Source: Perkinsus olseni
Lineage: Eukaryota
Length of the DNA stretch: 63,022 nt
NCBI GenBank assembly: GCA_013115125.1
Contig: JABANN010000140.1
Location: 1 to 63,022, forward strand
Reading direction: 5' to 3'
The notes beneath the pieces are model-generated. The model saw only the letters and a list, made by a program, of their open reading frames with translations, was not told the origin of the DNA and did not search any database. Position 1 is the stretch's first letter. The number at the start of each line of letters is the position of its first letter. This document shows, in pieces, positions 47,101 to 60,100 of the stretch. A program made the position numbers and the translations under genes.

Positions 47101-48807
47101 CATGTGAAGGGGGGCCTTAGTGCTTGCCTAGTCTTATCGCGCTCCACTTTGGAAGGGAGGGACGATTGTACCGAAGTTAACGTCCTCGGAGATGCTACGG
47201 TGGAGCAGAAGGAACAGTAAGTCAGTGAAATTTGTGAATCGTGTGTTGAGGACTACGGTGATCAGGCTCCTTGAAATGACTGTATCTAACCGCGGCACGG
47301 GGAAGGGTCGGCAGGAGTTGGAGACGATAAGTAGCCGAACTGGAACGCTGTGCTTGTTGGCAGCGGACCGCCCATTGGATGAGCAGATAGAGCAGCTGCC
47401 TGGAGTGAGAGTGGTGGTGCTTGGTAGGGATGACAGTAGTAGAGAAGCGTCTGCGAGCGCACTTAGAAGCTCATTTAGAGATTTACTGTGGGAAAAGGGA
47501 GCGGATTGGCATCGGTCTGGAAGGACAGAGTCTGCTGAGTGGAATGGTAGCAGCCCTAAGGGACGGAAGTGGGACAGTGGTGATTGGTGGAGGGACAGCG
47601 GCAGAGGAGGGAAATGGACGAGGACTGATAGCAAGTGGGAACAAAGCGCGTCCAAGTCGTGGAGCAAAGGTGACCCGAAGTGGACATCGGGTAGTGGCTG
47701 GAGAGATTGGAAGCAGCGAGAGGATTATGGTTGGGAGCAGAAACAAAGTTGGGGTGGTAAGGAAGATGATAGGAGTTGGCGGGAGAGCGGTAGGAATAGC
47801 TGGAGTAAGGGCGATAAGAGCAACAGCTGGGAGGGCTGGGAGAAGGATCGATGGGGCAACTGGCAGAAGAAGGATGAGAGTTTTAAAGGAAGGAGGGAGG
47901 AGCCGACGACGACGAGGACGTAGGTCAATCAGCTGCATCGCCTTCCCATCTTCTCTGTTTAGCGCCTGGGCTTGGAGTCCGCCGATGAGGCCCGAGCCGT
48001 CCCGAGATACTTGGTTCAAGAGAGAGATGCCCCGTTTAGAACGGCCGCCAAGCTCGGGGGCTCCGTCTATTTTCCCTCGCGTTGATGATTATCGCTACAG
48101 TACATACCGAGATGTAGCACCGCCGCCTGTGAGGCAGGCAGCCCTGAGCAGTACCCCGCGGTACTCCTATCGTACAGAAAGGCCCGATGAGGGGATCTCT
48201 GGGGGGCGAGGGAGGTCGACGTGGCAGCGGGAGGGCAGGAGAGATCAATCACCCCAACGCATGGCCGCAAGTCGGTATCGTGAGTCGCCTCCAAAGCGAG
48301 GCGTGCCCACTGAGAGGTTCTATCAAGTGGAGGACTCCTACTATTACCGACCATCGGCTGCCAACCCTCCAAGTCAGTCTTCTATGCCGACACGAGAGGG
48401 GTATTTCCAACGACCTGAGTCGCCTAAGAGAAGGCGAGTGGAAGCACCGATGCGGCCTGCTTGGGAGGGGCGGAGGGACAGTGGTCCAGCGCCACGACAA
48501 CAAAGATACGATGGCTACTACCAAGAAGCAGCACCTACCAGGGGCCTTGGTGCGGCTCCCGGACAATTGAACGAACCAAGGTAACGAGGAGCTGGCCTGT
48601 GTGAACGTCGTTTTTATGGTCGTACGATGGTTATCACCTGGCGATGGTTGCATACTAGCTCTTCTTTCCTTCAGGCGTCCAGGGCCTTCACGAGGCTCGT
48701 TTTCAACTGCACCGCCGCCCTCTAGTGGTGGAGGACGGTATACTATGAAGGAGGAGAGAGGGCCGCCTCGGCCAAGGGGTTATCCCGAATTTGGCCGTGG
48801 CCGATAA
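44184..48807 (+). CDS. Multi-KH-domain RNA-binding protein with Trp-rich and Arg/Pro-rich low-complexity C-terminus, multi-exon
   Basis: KH motifs VPIPAKDVPCFVGKGGTTQSKIIRASG, DVPRSAVALILGTKGAKLRGMEERCG, GTGKGRQELETISSRTG; W-rich block at 47490-47875; ends EFGRGR*. Confidence 0.8.
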
Positions 48808-49076
48808 TCGTCACCATCTTCACCATCACACGGTAGGGGCTTCACTAGTCGGCTCATCGTCTGTGTTGAAGCTCCTGATTGCTCAGGTACCTTGACCGTA
48901 TTTTTATAGTAATGCCTTTTTCTCGTTCTTACTGGTCCCTCTTGTATAATATTTTTTGTTCACTATTAAGCATTCTCGCGGAGACTAGCGTCCAGTCCAG
49001 TGGCGGGTGAATTGGCGGAGGTTGGTTTGTTGGGCGGCCGGTGGTTGCTTTCATTCCCGTCTTTGGTTTTGGGCCA

Positions 49077-50498
49077 ATGTCCTCTTCCGCGGGTTTCTGC
49101 ACCACTACTACTTTGGTGTCTCCCCCTCTGGACGCCATATCCCGGGTTCGATTCCCGGTACAGGCAACTCGGTCCTACGGAGTCGGCAATATCCAGGCCC
49201 ACTTGCTGGCTGTATCTAGTTGGGACGGGGTGAGCTCCAGCACTACTATCCTCTGCACAAGCTCCTTCTTGTCTACTCAGTCCTGCCGTTTGTACGACAC
49301 AAATCGTAATTCCCTGTTGGCAACACGGAAGGATCATCACCCGCTTCTGGACGTTACCTTCAGCGACCCGTCGCAGGCTGTATGTGCCACCCTAGGGGGG
49401 GCCTTGGTCTTAGTAGACTTCAACCAGGGAGGGAAGGAGGTCAATCGTGTTGACAAGTGAGGCGAGGGATTTCCTCGCGTTCGTCGATTCCCTTCGTCGA
49501 CATCAGATTCCATTCACTACCGGCCTCCTGTGTTGAAAAATGTCTTCTGGACCAAGACTTGGTGGTCAGTGGAGGCTGGGACCGTACAGTTCGCCTGTGG
49601 GATACTCGTACAAGGGAAGAGAGTGCGAGTTGTACTGCAGCTAAGGGGAAGATATTTTGCATGGCCCTGGACCCTAGTAACGGCACCCGGGTCATTGCGG
49701 GGACCAGCATGAGAGAGGTGCGTAGCGTTTGTCGACGGCTCCCTGCACAGCTTTCCGGCAGATAATGATACTGGACATACGCAACCTGTCAACACCGGTC
49801 CAAGTACGGGACTCTCCCTTCTCTCAACCTATTAGATGCATGGCGATCCATCCGATGGGAACTGGTACCACTCCATCCTTTCATCGTCATTACTATCCTC
49901 GCCGTAGGTTTCGTGTGTGGCAGTCAGGAGGGAAAGGCAGCATGGGAGCCCTTCGAGCATTCGGATAAAGTGAGAGGGAAGTACACGTTCAAGTGTCATC
50001 ATAAGAAATGTAATACTAGCCCTGTCGTTGGCTCCCTTCCACCCCCACCAACCGCCCGATCTCACCCCATCTCACTCAGCCGTCGACTCTGATGACCAGG
50101 GAGTCAGCGCTGTGAACGGGGTAGCCTTCCATCCTAAGTAAGCTGCAGGCTCCGCTGCGATATGGTCGAAGGAGATCCTCTCAGACACGGTACCTTCGCC
50201 ACATGTGGCTCTGACGGTGTCGTATCGGTATGGGATGGCGAAGCCCGGAAGCGCCTGTGGAGGATGACTGCGGATGAGGTCACCTCAGTGGGCGTGTCCA
50301 GTGTCAGCTTCTCCCCTGACGGTACCCGTCTAGCTATGGGCGTTAGCTATTCCTTCGACAATGGCGCAAAGAGGTGAGATAGGTAGTGCAGGAAGGGCAG
50401 TCTTCATGAGTATTTACTTCAGTCCCGAGCCACCGAGAGCAGTCATCGTTCGCCCAGTTAGCGATGCTGAAATGCAAGCTAAAAAGAGAGTAGACTAG
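49077..50498 (+). CDS. BUB3: Mitotic checkpoint WD40 protein BUB3, multi-exon
   Basis: PPLDAISRVRF, LLAVSSWDG, VSGGWDRTVRLWD, ILDIRNL..RDSPF..IRCM, KYTFKCH, VNGVAFHP, HGTFATCGSDGVVSVWDGEARKRL. Belongs to the BUB3/RAE1 family; the last motif favours BUB3. Confidence 0.85.
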
Positions 50499-50608
50499 CC
50501 CCTGCCCTCAACGATCGTCCCAACCATCACGAAGGTATTATATGAAATCACAGTTTCCTAGGAGTGCCTCGCCCAGTCGATTAGAGTTCGCGGCAGAAGT
50601 AGCAGGGG

Positions 50609-51610
50609 ATGTCGAGGCTCGGAGTGCTCGTCGCTTTCACTGTAGTTGCTATGGCAACCGCTGCTAAAGGGGGAGGCCCTCCATCCTCCGTCGCCGTATG
50701 CGGCTACATGGCTCTCAACTTCCTCAGTGCCACGTGTATCATTTGGATCAATAAGCTGGCCTACAACAACGGTTTCACCTGGGCAACAACTCTCACTGTC
50801 CTGCACTTCCTGGCCACCTTTATCGGTCTTTGCCTATGCATCATGGCCGGTCAATTCACCCACAAGCGACTGCCCATCAGGTCGGTGCTGCCGCTCTGTG
50901 TCAGCTTCTGCGGGTTCGTTGTCTTCAACAACCTCTCGTTACAGTATAATACAGTAGGGACCTATCAGCTCATGAAGGTCATGACTACTCCCGTTATCGT
51001 GGCTATACAGTACCTTTACTATTCGACCACTCTACCATTCAATCAACTCTTGGCCTTGGTCCCGATATGTATAGGGGTGGCCCTGGCTACAGCCACCAGC
51101 GTCGAAGTCAACCTGCTCGGAGTCACCTTTGGTGTAGCCGGGATTCTCAGTACCAGTCTGTATCAGATATGGGTGAAGACCAAACAGGAGGAGCTCAAGT
51201 GCAGTAGCCAGCAACTGTTGTTGTACCAGGCTCCTCTCTCGATGATCATGCTGCTGTCAGTGGTCCCAGCTGTTGACGATATACCTACTCTCATAGACTT
51301 CGATTGGGCGACTTACGCTGGTGGCCTGGTGGTAGCCTCTTGCGCGATGGCCTTCCTTGTGAACCTCTCCATTTTCTTGGTCATCGGCAAGACGTCTCCG
51401 GTGTCGTATAACGTGCTGGGTCATGCCAAGTTGGTGGTGATCCTCTCCAGTGGATACCTAGCCTTTCGAGAGCCCTATACGCTGCCCAATTTGATTGGAG
51501 TGTCCCTGGCCGTCTTTGGTATTATCAGCTATACTCACCTCAAGATGAATGAACGCAAGGAGCCGGTGGTGGTGGAAGCGTTCAGTGGGGGTAGGAAGGT
51601 TGCTGAGTGA
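50609..51610 (+). CDS. Nucleotide-sugar/TPT-family transporter (SLC35E3/UXT-like), intronless
   Basis: About 10 TM segments; CIIWINK, FNNLSLQYNTVGTYQLMKVMTTP, QLLLYQAP, IGKTSPVSYNVLGHAK. Confidence 0.92.
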   Translation: MSRLGVLVAFTVVAMATAAKGGGPPSSVAVCGYMALNFLSATCIIWINKLAYNNGFTWATTLTVLHFLATFIGLCLCIMAGQFTHKRLPIRSVLPLCVSFCGFVVFNNLSLQYNTVGTYQLMKVMTTPVIVAIQYLYYSTTLPFNQLLALVPICIGVALATATSVEVNLLGVTFGVAGILSTSLYQIWVKTKQEELKCSSQQLLLYQAPLSMIMLLSVVPAVDDIPTLIDFDWATYAGGLVVASCAMAFLVNLSIFLVIGKTSPVSYNVLGHAKLVVILSSGYLAFREPYTLPNLIGVSLAVFGIISYTHLKMNERKEPVVVEAFSGGRKVAE

Positions 51611-51784
51611 GGGCTCGCTCGAGTAGCCGTACACCATGAGTGCATGCATGATCACGACATGATATGATGATGATGAGAATGCCGACTTCGTGTTGCTTCG
51701 GTTCGATTTGACTTCTGATGCTTTGCCTTACTCTCGGTATCAACAGATTATTAATTCTGAATAATTTCTGTACCGCCAATTTCA

Positions 51785-53613
51785 ATGTCATCCGCACCTA
51801 TACGCCCGCTAAGTGGCGGAGACGAGCAGATAGTCCCGACGACAGCTGAGATTGAGCAGCGGGACGAGAAGCTGGTGCAGTTTCTGTCCATGGCGGGACC
51901 CGAATCTGAGGTGAGGACAGGGCCTGTATTGGGTCGGATTCGGTGGATTTTGGTCAGATTGATCCAGAGGTCGCGATGGAGATACTGGCAGCTAACGAAT
52001 GGGACGTGGGGAAGGCATGGGAGCAGCTAAGGGGCCCTGACCAGGCGATGCAGTCAGAAACTCCGGAGAGGCTTCCAGGGGTGCGCCTGAGCGGAGCGAA
52101 GCATAACCGTAATGTGTTGTTTTGTGAGCGCAGATAAACCCTGAAGATCAGCGGCAGACATGGGAGGAACAGATGAGTTTGGACTACGCTAGAAGAATGC
52201 AGGCTCAAGAATACGGTAGGACTTTGAAGACTCTCCTGGTCTGGAATGATCGGTCAGGTCCACTGCAGACGTCACCGATGGCTAACACCTCCGGTGGTGA
52301 GCGGCTGATAGCCTCTCCTATGGAAGAGTTTGCACAGCAGCAGCATTGGACTAGCCCTCTACAGCGGCAAGAGGACGAGGCCTTGAGACAAGCTATAGAG
52401 AACTCTAAAAAAACGTAGTTTCTCCGACCGAGCCGTCGATGCCTGAAGCTAGAGATTCCTCCGTCAGGGCGAGTGTGGGCGGTGATGCCTCTGGGTCGAC
52501 GAGCGAGGCAGCCTGCATATCCGACGACAGCGTCGACCACATGGACGTGGAGGTCTGGAAATGACACCTTCTATTTCACGTATAGAGTGTAGCTCAGGTC
52601 ATGCAGTCGCAGGAGGCGGCCTACAATCGAGCCCGCAGCAACGAGTTTTTGACAGGTAGTACTTGATATAATCAACCCGGCAGCATGACCTTCTGTTGGT
52701 CGCGGGCACAGCAGCGGATGCCTGCCTCTCTACTGCTTGGCATTTTCTCGCTTGAATGCTGCGGAATTGGAATAGATGCGCTTGTCATTCGGATTGTCTC
52801 TGAGACTAACGGCAATGCTGTGTGGCTTTCAGGCCCCTCACCGAGTGCACTGTCGTCCCAAAGCCAGGTGTCAGACGCCGAGCGGGTCGAACGAGAGACT
52901 CAGCGGCTGAGGGCGATGGTGGACCGTGAGACCCGCCAAGTCCAGGATCAAGAATATTTGGAGAGCCTGAAGGTAGCGGGGTGCTCTGTTGAGCATTTAT
53001 CGAAGTGCCTACACTTGTAGATGGATCGCAAGCGAGAGGAGGAGAAACAGAAGCGGGACGAGGAGATATCAGACGCCGCTGCTAAGTATGTGATACTGAA
53101 GTCCTCCATGAAAAGGAAGCGAGAGGGCTTGCCTCCGGAACCCGAAAAGGGGACAGCCGGTCGTGTCGAGGTGAGCTGTCTGGCTGCTGTTATTGGGGCC
53201 CCTGTGAGCCTGCCCGGTGCAGGTGGCAGCTAGATTGTTTAATGGCAAGCGAGTGCAAAGAGCATTCCTTGGTGAGTTGGAGTGGTGGTGGGGTGCCGGT
53301 CTGCTCACTGGATGATTGTGTCAGATAGCGAGCCTGTCTCTGTCCTCTACGATTGGATGGATTCTGAGCTATTCCACGACCATGACCGTGCAGCAGCAGC
53401 AACTGCGGAGGAGGAGGACCACAGCCTGGAGCTCACTGAGGCAGACCTCAACTACCATCTGGTCTCTAGGATGCCCCGTCGGGTATTCGACAAAAGAGAT
53501 ATCACGATGAAAGACGCCGGTATTGAGAATCAGATGGTGAGTCTTCTCGGGTCTGTTCTCGTACTGTTATTGCCGACGGTCCTCAGGTCCTGGCCGCTGA
53601 GCGAATTCGGTGA
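51785..53613 (+). CDS. UBX-domain protein (UBA-like, UIM, coiled coil, UBX), multi-exon
   Basis: AMEILAANEWDVGKA (UBA-like), EDEALRQAIENS (UIM), QDQEYLESL, LPPEP, RLFNGKRVQRAF, YHLVSRMPRRVF..TMKDAGI. Confidence 0.88.
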
Positions 53614-53886
53614 AGCAGGGGACCTGCCCTTCCGACCTTCTGGTCGCTGTTGTAGCATTTTGCACTTTGTCTGTCGGCACGGTCACGAGCAGCTGTCAAA
53701 TTCTGCTTACTGACGCCCACATACTGAGATGAAAACCTGTGTACCCGTGCTGTTGCGTTGCCCATTTCATACGTCTTCACCGTATCAAGTCCGGCCCTTG
53801 GTGCCGTCTCGTGAGTTCGTCATCGTTCACTCTGATCTGATCTGTCTATAGAAAAAATACTGATTTTATGATAGCCTTTTTTATTA

Positions 53887-54684
53887 ATGGAGCCATACCC
53901 CTTATCAATGGTATCACATTTAAATTTAACGTCTCGGAGTCAGCGACTGAGTGCTCGTGATCGACGATATCGTATCTTTTGCGTCCTCCTAGTACTCACT
54001 ACTGTATGGTTCTTTGTCCTGGGCACCTTGGTCGGCATCACGATCTACGCGAATACAGGTAGCGTGGGCCTCGTGGCGCGCTTTATCGGGGCACTTTTCC
54101 TTCCCCTTCTGTGTTCAGGTTCAGCGAGTTTCAGCTTTCCTGTTTATGTTGTGATAATCTGGGCAGTCGCTCCGCCCCTCCTACTGCAGTTCTGGAGGCG
54201 GCGTAGTAATGTGTTGAGAATGGGTGCCATCAAGCGTCGGACGCCGAGGTCTCTGATGCCTCAGTTTGATACCTTATTCAAGCCAGCGACGCCGTCCAAG
54301 GGCGAGCTCTGCCCAATATGTCTCGGCGACATGAGTGACTCTGCCGTTTCAAAGAATGATGATGGCAAGTCGACAAAGGCTGAGAGCGATTCCGTTGGAA
54401 GCGACGAGAAGCCTGCAGTGGGAGTGCTCGAGTCTAACGTGGTGGAATCAGTTTATTGTTCTCATAAGTTTGATCGAGATTGCGCAAAGATCTACACGGA
54501 TCATTGGGGCCCGACGGCTGTAGGCGCCAAGGGAGACGTCGTACGCTGTCCTGTCTGTAGAGCTTCCTGGGCACCAGGCATCAAGCCCGATGAAGAAGTC
54601 GGGTGTGACGATAATAGCAGCCTTTATTACTATGCTTCCTCTACCGAGGGAACAAGGGATAGCGATATAGCAAGCAGAGTGTAA
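53887..54684 (+). CDS. Transmembrane RING-finger protein, intronless
   Basis: Three hydrophobic segments, then CPIC...CSHKFDRDC...CPVCR. Confidence 0.8.
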   Translation: MEPYPLSMVSHLNLTSRSQRLSARDRRYRIFCVLLVLTTVWFFVLGTLVGITIYANTGSVGLVARFIGALFLPLLCSGSASFSFPVYVVIIWAVAPPLLLQFWRRRSNVLRMGAIKRRTPRSLMPQFDTLFKPATPSKGELCPICLGDMSDSAVSKNDDGKSTKAESDSVGSDEKPAVGVLESNVVESVYCSHKFDRDCAKIYTDHWGPTAVGAKGDVVRCPVCRASWAPGIKPDEEVGCDDNSSLYYYASSTEGTRDSDIASRV

Positions 54685-55661
54685 ATGAGGGTTCGCGCTG
54701 TAAAGTCGTCTCATTAATTGAATGACATGCGTTGTTGTGCGCATTCGACTTAGGCGTAATAAGTACCCGATATGTCTGTCAACGACACATGGCTGCCGCG
54801 GAGAGCAGCGCCTGTGGCTGTACCCTCTGTTTATTCCGTTGTCCTTTATCCGATGCTCTTGCCGTCGATCTGTTCAGAATGTCTCTACTTCGGTATATGT
54901 TAATGCTAAGTTGATAACTACAACTTATTTCGACTATTACTCTAACTCTAACTCACTGTTCACTCTGGGTGTTAGTGGCCATGCCAGTACTCTACTAAAC
55001 CCCTGGATAAGGGGCCCAGGATGCTCTTCTACTGAAGAGCCCCAAAACGGTGTGTAGCCTACCACCCAGTGAACAGTGTAACGCCCTTGGCGCCTCAGTG
55101 TGACCGAATCGGGCCTCTGTCTCTTGCGTGCTCGTTGTCGTGAACGATTTTATAAGTGTTATCGGTCCAGATCGCTTCAGTGCTATCCTTGTACCCTATG
55201 ATAGTCTAAAGGCGGACCAGACCCAAGTTGTGTCATGACTACACCCTGATTCATCCATAGCGGTGCTCAGTGGTACTACTTATTTCCTTATCGTATGATC
55301 AGTGTAATTGTGACACTTAGCTTCGCGTAAAGTTCGCTGTTGGATCCCTCGTGTTTTATGGCAGTTACTGGGTTCCACTCAGTCTGTATGAAGTTGATGC
55401 CTGCCCGCCTTTTTTCTCCATAAGTGTCTACTTTCGCTCGCGTGAGACAAGAGCGCCCGAGTCGTCAACGATACTTCCCTTTGCTCCTGTTGCGTTAGTG
55501 CGTGAGGCTCAATGATATGCGTTCACCTCGCGGCTTTAGCCAGCTTCCATTTCTGTTATTAGTGAACGGATATCCATCGATGGGGGCTGCCTATTGCAAC
55601 TCCTACGCGTGCCGATCCCTGACCCTCGTTCATTCTTTCACAGTATCATTTCTTATGTCCC

Positions 55662-56717
55662 ATGGTTGACGCTGTCTTCAATCTTGCGGTCGACATCGAA
55701 GCGCTTAATACGACAGCACAGCGATCTTGTCGTTACGCGACGGTCGATATCAAGTCTGCTATTTGGGAGTTCATGGGCCTTCGTGAACCGCGTGGTATCT
55801 CGTACAACGTCAAGGCCAAGCGTGCTTCTTATCATGGCCTCTGGGAGGACAAGATCCTACGCTGCAAGCGCGATGCCTCCTTGGATCCAGTATCCTCTAT
55901 TTTATACAGTCTCAATCGCGAGCAGGGCTGCAGCAAGGTGCAGATGAGCAGAGTTCAATTGCCCTTCTTTCTCCCTGAAGATACCCCGGAGATTGTACAA
56001 AATCCTCTGAAAACAATCAGACTGGAGTTTGGTGAGAGTCGAGGCCCCGTCAGCGTCAACGTCAATATCGTTGCTCATCGTGGGAAGTTGTATACGGCTG
56101 CCCTCTACGGCCCACTTGAACTCACCCAGGAAGAAAAGAACAATTTAGGAACTCGTCTTCTGGAGAGCGAGTGGTTCGGCCCTTCTGCTTTTTTGACTGA
56201 GTTCAAGGAGGTGTGTCCTGTGTCAGGAGAACAGCGTACGGTGGCTTATGCCAGCATGTTCGTACGTGATTTTGATGTTACTCATGATGAGCAAGGACGT
56301 CTTAAAATTGTCGCAGTAGATAGCTACGACTACCATTCTTACATTGGAGTTTTCGACTCTTCGACGGCGGCATTCAACCTCTTCAAGTGGCAAGGTTTCG
56401 TTCACAGCATGAGATTCATCACTCCAAGTACCATTCTATTTATGAAGACTATGCGTGGTAAAGCAGCCTCACCTATGACCTATGTGCAGTCCTTCTTCCA
56501 TCATATGTCGGGCGTCGAACCCGGCGAGTGTGTACTACTACGCCTTCCGGATCATCGAGGAAATCCTCCTGAGCAAATTGCGATGCTGCAGACCCAGCTA
56601 GGTTTCAGCTCGCTGTTCGACCCTTACTACTACATTGTCAATCGGGCTGACGTGCGGCTTCAGGGACGTGCGTGCATCGGCGAGGAGAGGTTCAAGCTGA
56701 TCAAAATTCTATATTGA
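55662..56717 (+). CDS. Hypothetical intronless protein
   Basis: 351-aa open ORF with natural composition; VDIKSAIWEFMG is weakly F-box-like. Confidence 0.65.
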   Translation: MVDAVFNLAVDIEALNTTAQRSCRYATVDIKSAIWEFMGLREPRGISYNVKAKRASYHGLWEDKILRCKRDASLDPVSSILYSLNREQGCSKVQMSRVQLPFFLPEDTPEIVQNPLKTIRLEFGESRGPVSVNVNIVAHRGKLYTAALYGPLELTQEEKNNLGTRLLESEWFGPSAFLTEFKEVCPVSGEQRTVAYASMFVRDFDVTHDEQGRLKIVAVDSYDYHSYIGVFDSSTAAFNLFKWQGFVHSMRFITPSTILFMKTMRGKAASPMTYVQSFFHHMSGVEPGECVLLRLPDHRGNPPEQIAMLQTQLGFSSLFDPYYYIVNRADVRLQGRACIGEERFKLIKILY

Positions 56718-57199
56718 ACGCCGCCGTTTCACATTCGATTGGTCCGCAACGGCGCCTGCTGATAATGATTTGATTGAACGACATTCTCGGAGAGGCTAGC
56801 CTCAAGATCGAGGTAGGCTGGTCGCTGTGTCGAGGGCGGCGTTTTTATCCTTTTTCTGATGATCTTTACGTACGACAGTCGGGAGTAGATAGTCCGACTA
56901 CTAGCTTGGAGTTGTGAGTGTGTTCCCGTACGTAAGTATCACATATTGTCTGCCGTCCTCGTCAAGCTTCTGCGGGCACCATTCTGCAGTTGGTGTCTAT
57001 GGCGAACACTTTTCGTAAACCGTTTCCGCTTTTGAGTTCCGTGACTTAATCAACGGTTTCATGCCAGAACGACAGCGATGCAAGCGAGTGCCGTGATTTG
57101 CTAACATGTCGATCAACAAGCTAGTACGGCATCCCTCGTCCATTGAGGTTTATCGGCCTCTGCTACTCTCTAGTGAACCCTAATTTTTCAGTAGTGGCT

Positions 57200-60100
57200 A
57201 CGCTTGGAACACCCGATACCTCTGCCCGTGCATCGTACCAGCATTAATGAGGTCAATCGAAGTCAGGACCCACGCCTCACATGTTCGCATGGCGATCTTG
57301 CCACACCCCTCGGGAGCCCCTTGAGCAGCACAAAAGAGAGATCCGTCTATCGCTACCCTGTAGTTATCGTTTCGTTCCAGCATGGGTGCCTGTGCTCCCA
57401 GCGGGATGAGCAACTCGACAACCCTGTCCGTCGATCCTGAGCTTTTCACTCGTCTGGCTAGAAGAATCGCTCGTAAGCGGGCGGGAGCGAGCTGCGTGCT
57501 GCTGAGCGACGTCATTAGGCACCTGCCGGGTATCTTACCCGTCAGCAAGGGGAGTCTCCAGTATAGATTTCGCCACCGTTATCGAGTGGTCGGATATCCT
57601 TAGTAATTGTGAAATGCAGCACCTAGACGATCTCGTTGGTAGTGCACTCCTGAAGCACTTGAAGTTTTAGTCTAAAACGCGTCACGTTCCGGCTCAGGGG
57701 CGACTGTCCGTGCAACAGTGGATATACTCTGGCAGAGCTTGGTCATCACAGCGCACACCGCCGAGGAATACGTGAAGTCGAAGACTCTCTAACTCACTGC
57801 CATTGCCTGTTTCTCAGCTACACTACCTCACAAGCGTCGATGCGCTCGTTACCAACCTCTTGTCTCAAGGACGGCAACCTCCATTGGCCGATGATCAGCC
57901 ACATCCCCCGAAAGTCGTTCATAGGTGGGGTGCGGCCTGATCAGCACCACGTGTACAGCATGCACATGCGTGGCATGTTTTCTGCCAACGTCGGCCATCT
58001 AGGTCCGTTGTGGCAGGTTGTTGGCCAACAGACTGGGCACAGCGCTCATTGAAAGAAAGATAGTCCACGCTCTCAAAGCTGGGACGCTCCGATCATTGAA
58101 TGTCGAAGCCGCCACTTTGCGGATAGTATCTTACTGGTCAGGCGAGCTCATCGGGTCTCATCTGCGAATGAAGAACGGGGACACTTGCTGACTTCGCATC
58201 AACACAATCGCACGTTGCCCCACGGAAACTTGAGTATATCCCATCAGGTTGTCGTTATCACCAGAGAGAGTGACCTCCTCGCATCCGGGATGGGTCGCTG
58301 TCAAGGGCCTCATGCGTGACCACAAGATAGACCTTTCTGTTGCCGAGCTGCTCTCCGGCCAACGGGTTAGCTTTCCGAGCTAGTCATCGTAGACCTGCTT
58401 TATCCAGCATAGGTCTCATTCCGATATTCCATTGATTGGTGGAAGCTCCTTCAAACGGCGTTCGCAAAACAGTAGTCTGGTAACTCAGCCGTAGTGACGC
58501 GGAGTCCGCTCTCAGGGACTCTATCAACGAAGTGAGAGCCTTGGCAACATCCGTGCTCCGTGTGGCTGCTTGCTGTGGTGGATTCCTCAAGCTCATACAG
58601 CACATCAACGCCGCTGATGTTAATGGTATGGCCGCTAACAGTCCGTCCAAGGGACCATCCAAGCGCAGTCGCAAGTAAGATGTTCCTCGTCATTTCCTAC
58701 GGATCGGATCGAGACGAATATCGCCGATGCTCACCAGCCTACTCGCCGCCTACCCATGCCTCAGAGAAAAGCCAACACTCCTCAAGACCTTCGCCCGGTC
58801 TCTCACCCTGGAACTCGGATCCCGACTTCAGAACCACCTAGTCTTGGAGCTCCAAAACGTAAGGACAGCTTACCGGTCAGTTGCGGTCAGAACTCCCACG
58901 AACCAACCTCAGGCTTTGAGGTCACTGCCGAGGAACCTCAAGGCAGTGGTCAGCACAAGGGTCTGTGACACAGTCGACATCGCGACTCGGGTAGGCTGGG
59001 TGATGGGAACTCGACGTGGTCAAACGCTCATCATCGCAGGAGACCGTTTGCCTAAAGATTCTCTCGGCAGTGTGTGACGCATTCGAGCAGCTGAGCAGAT
59101 CCGCGGATGCTCTCGCTACAGAGGAGATAATATGCTGTCTCGTGATGCACTTCCTGCTACACTCTAAGCATAAAGTACAGAGCTCAGCCACTGCAAGCAC
59201 GCATCGCCATGTTTCAGACGGGCTCTGGGGAGGAATCGCCGAGAAGGAGAGATACTGCCCGGTCGGAAACTTCCGACAACAACGGGGAGTCTCAGGTAGC
59301 CCTAGAAAAATACCAGTATTCAAAGGGCGGGTCGACACCCTAGTCCATTTATGAGCTCGTGATGACATCAACCTAGAGCCGAGACTTGCCCAATTGCACT
59401 CTGTGGCGCTTAACCCACCACGTTCGGGAGCGTCCACGATGCTGTGTTATGCTGCGCTACTCATGACGCATCGCCACCTTCTCATAATCTCTCTCCTTTC
59501 AAGAGTGGTGAGCCCACCCCAAGGTCATCCTCTGGCGAGAAGAATGAGGGGCACACCTATGCGGCAGCCTTGACTGTCCTCACCGAAGTAGAATAGAGGG
59601 GAAGCAGTCGCTTCGCTCTGTATCAGGACCTTCAGGTCTACCGTCTATCGATCGACTCGAGAGCGAGTTGGTCGCCGTTGTGCCGAGACATCAGTTGGCT
59701 ATCGACCTACGCAGCCCTGCGCCTCAAGGACGTGATAGAGGCCGTCCGTGATGGTTCTTTCCATGCTGATGGTGATTGCCTCGGCCATTACTCTTGCTTA
59801 CCACAGGCCAGCTCGTGCAGGCACGATCACAGTGTCTAGAATGGTGGAAGAAGATACCAGTGGGACGATGAAGGCGAGCTGGTCCAGGCTTGCGAAGCGT
59901 TTCTGCACCCTAGTAGACCGATTAGCGAGTCGAGGAGCCACCCTCGTACTCGAGGCCGACCGGTGAGATCCTCTGTGAGTGTCTACTGATAACGACTAAG
60001 TGACCCCACCTAACACCGGCGCCTCTCAGCATAATACTAACACAGAGTAACTCAGGTTGAGTTTCGATCTGGCGGAGAGCTTCGGCAGGTGCCAGAGGAT

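Noticed and set aside
47192-48584. Two long overlapping plus-strand ORFs (243 aa and 387 aa), suggesting dual coding or frameshifting
   Set aside because: Explained by a GT-AG intron at ~47920-47962 that switches frame within the KH gene.
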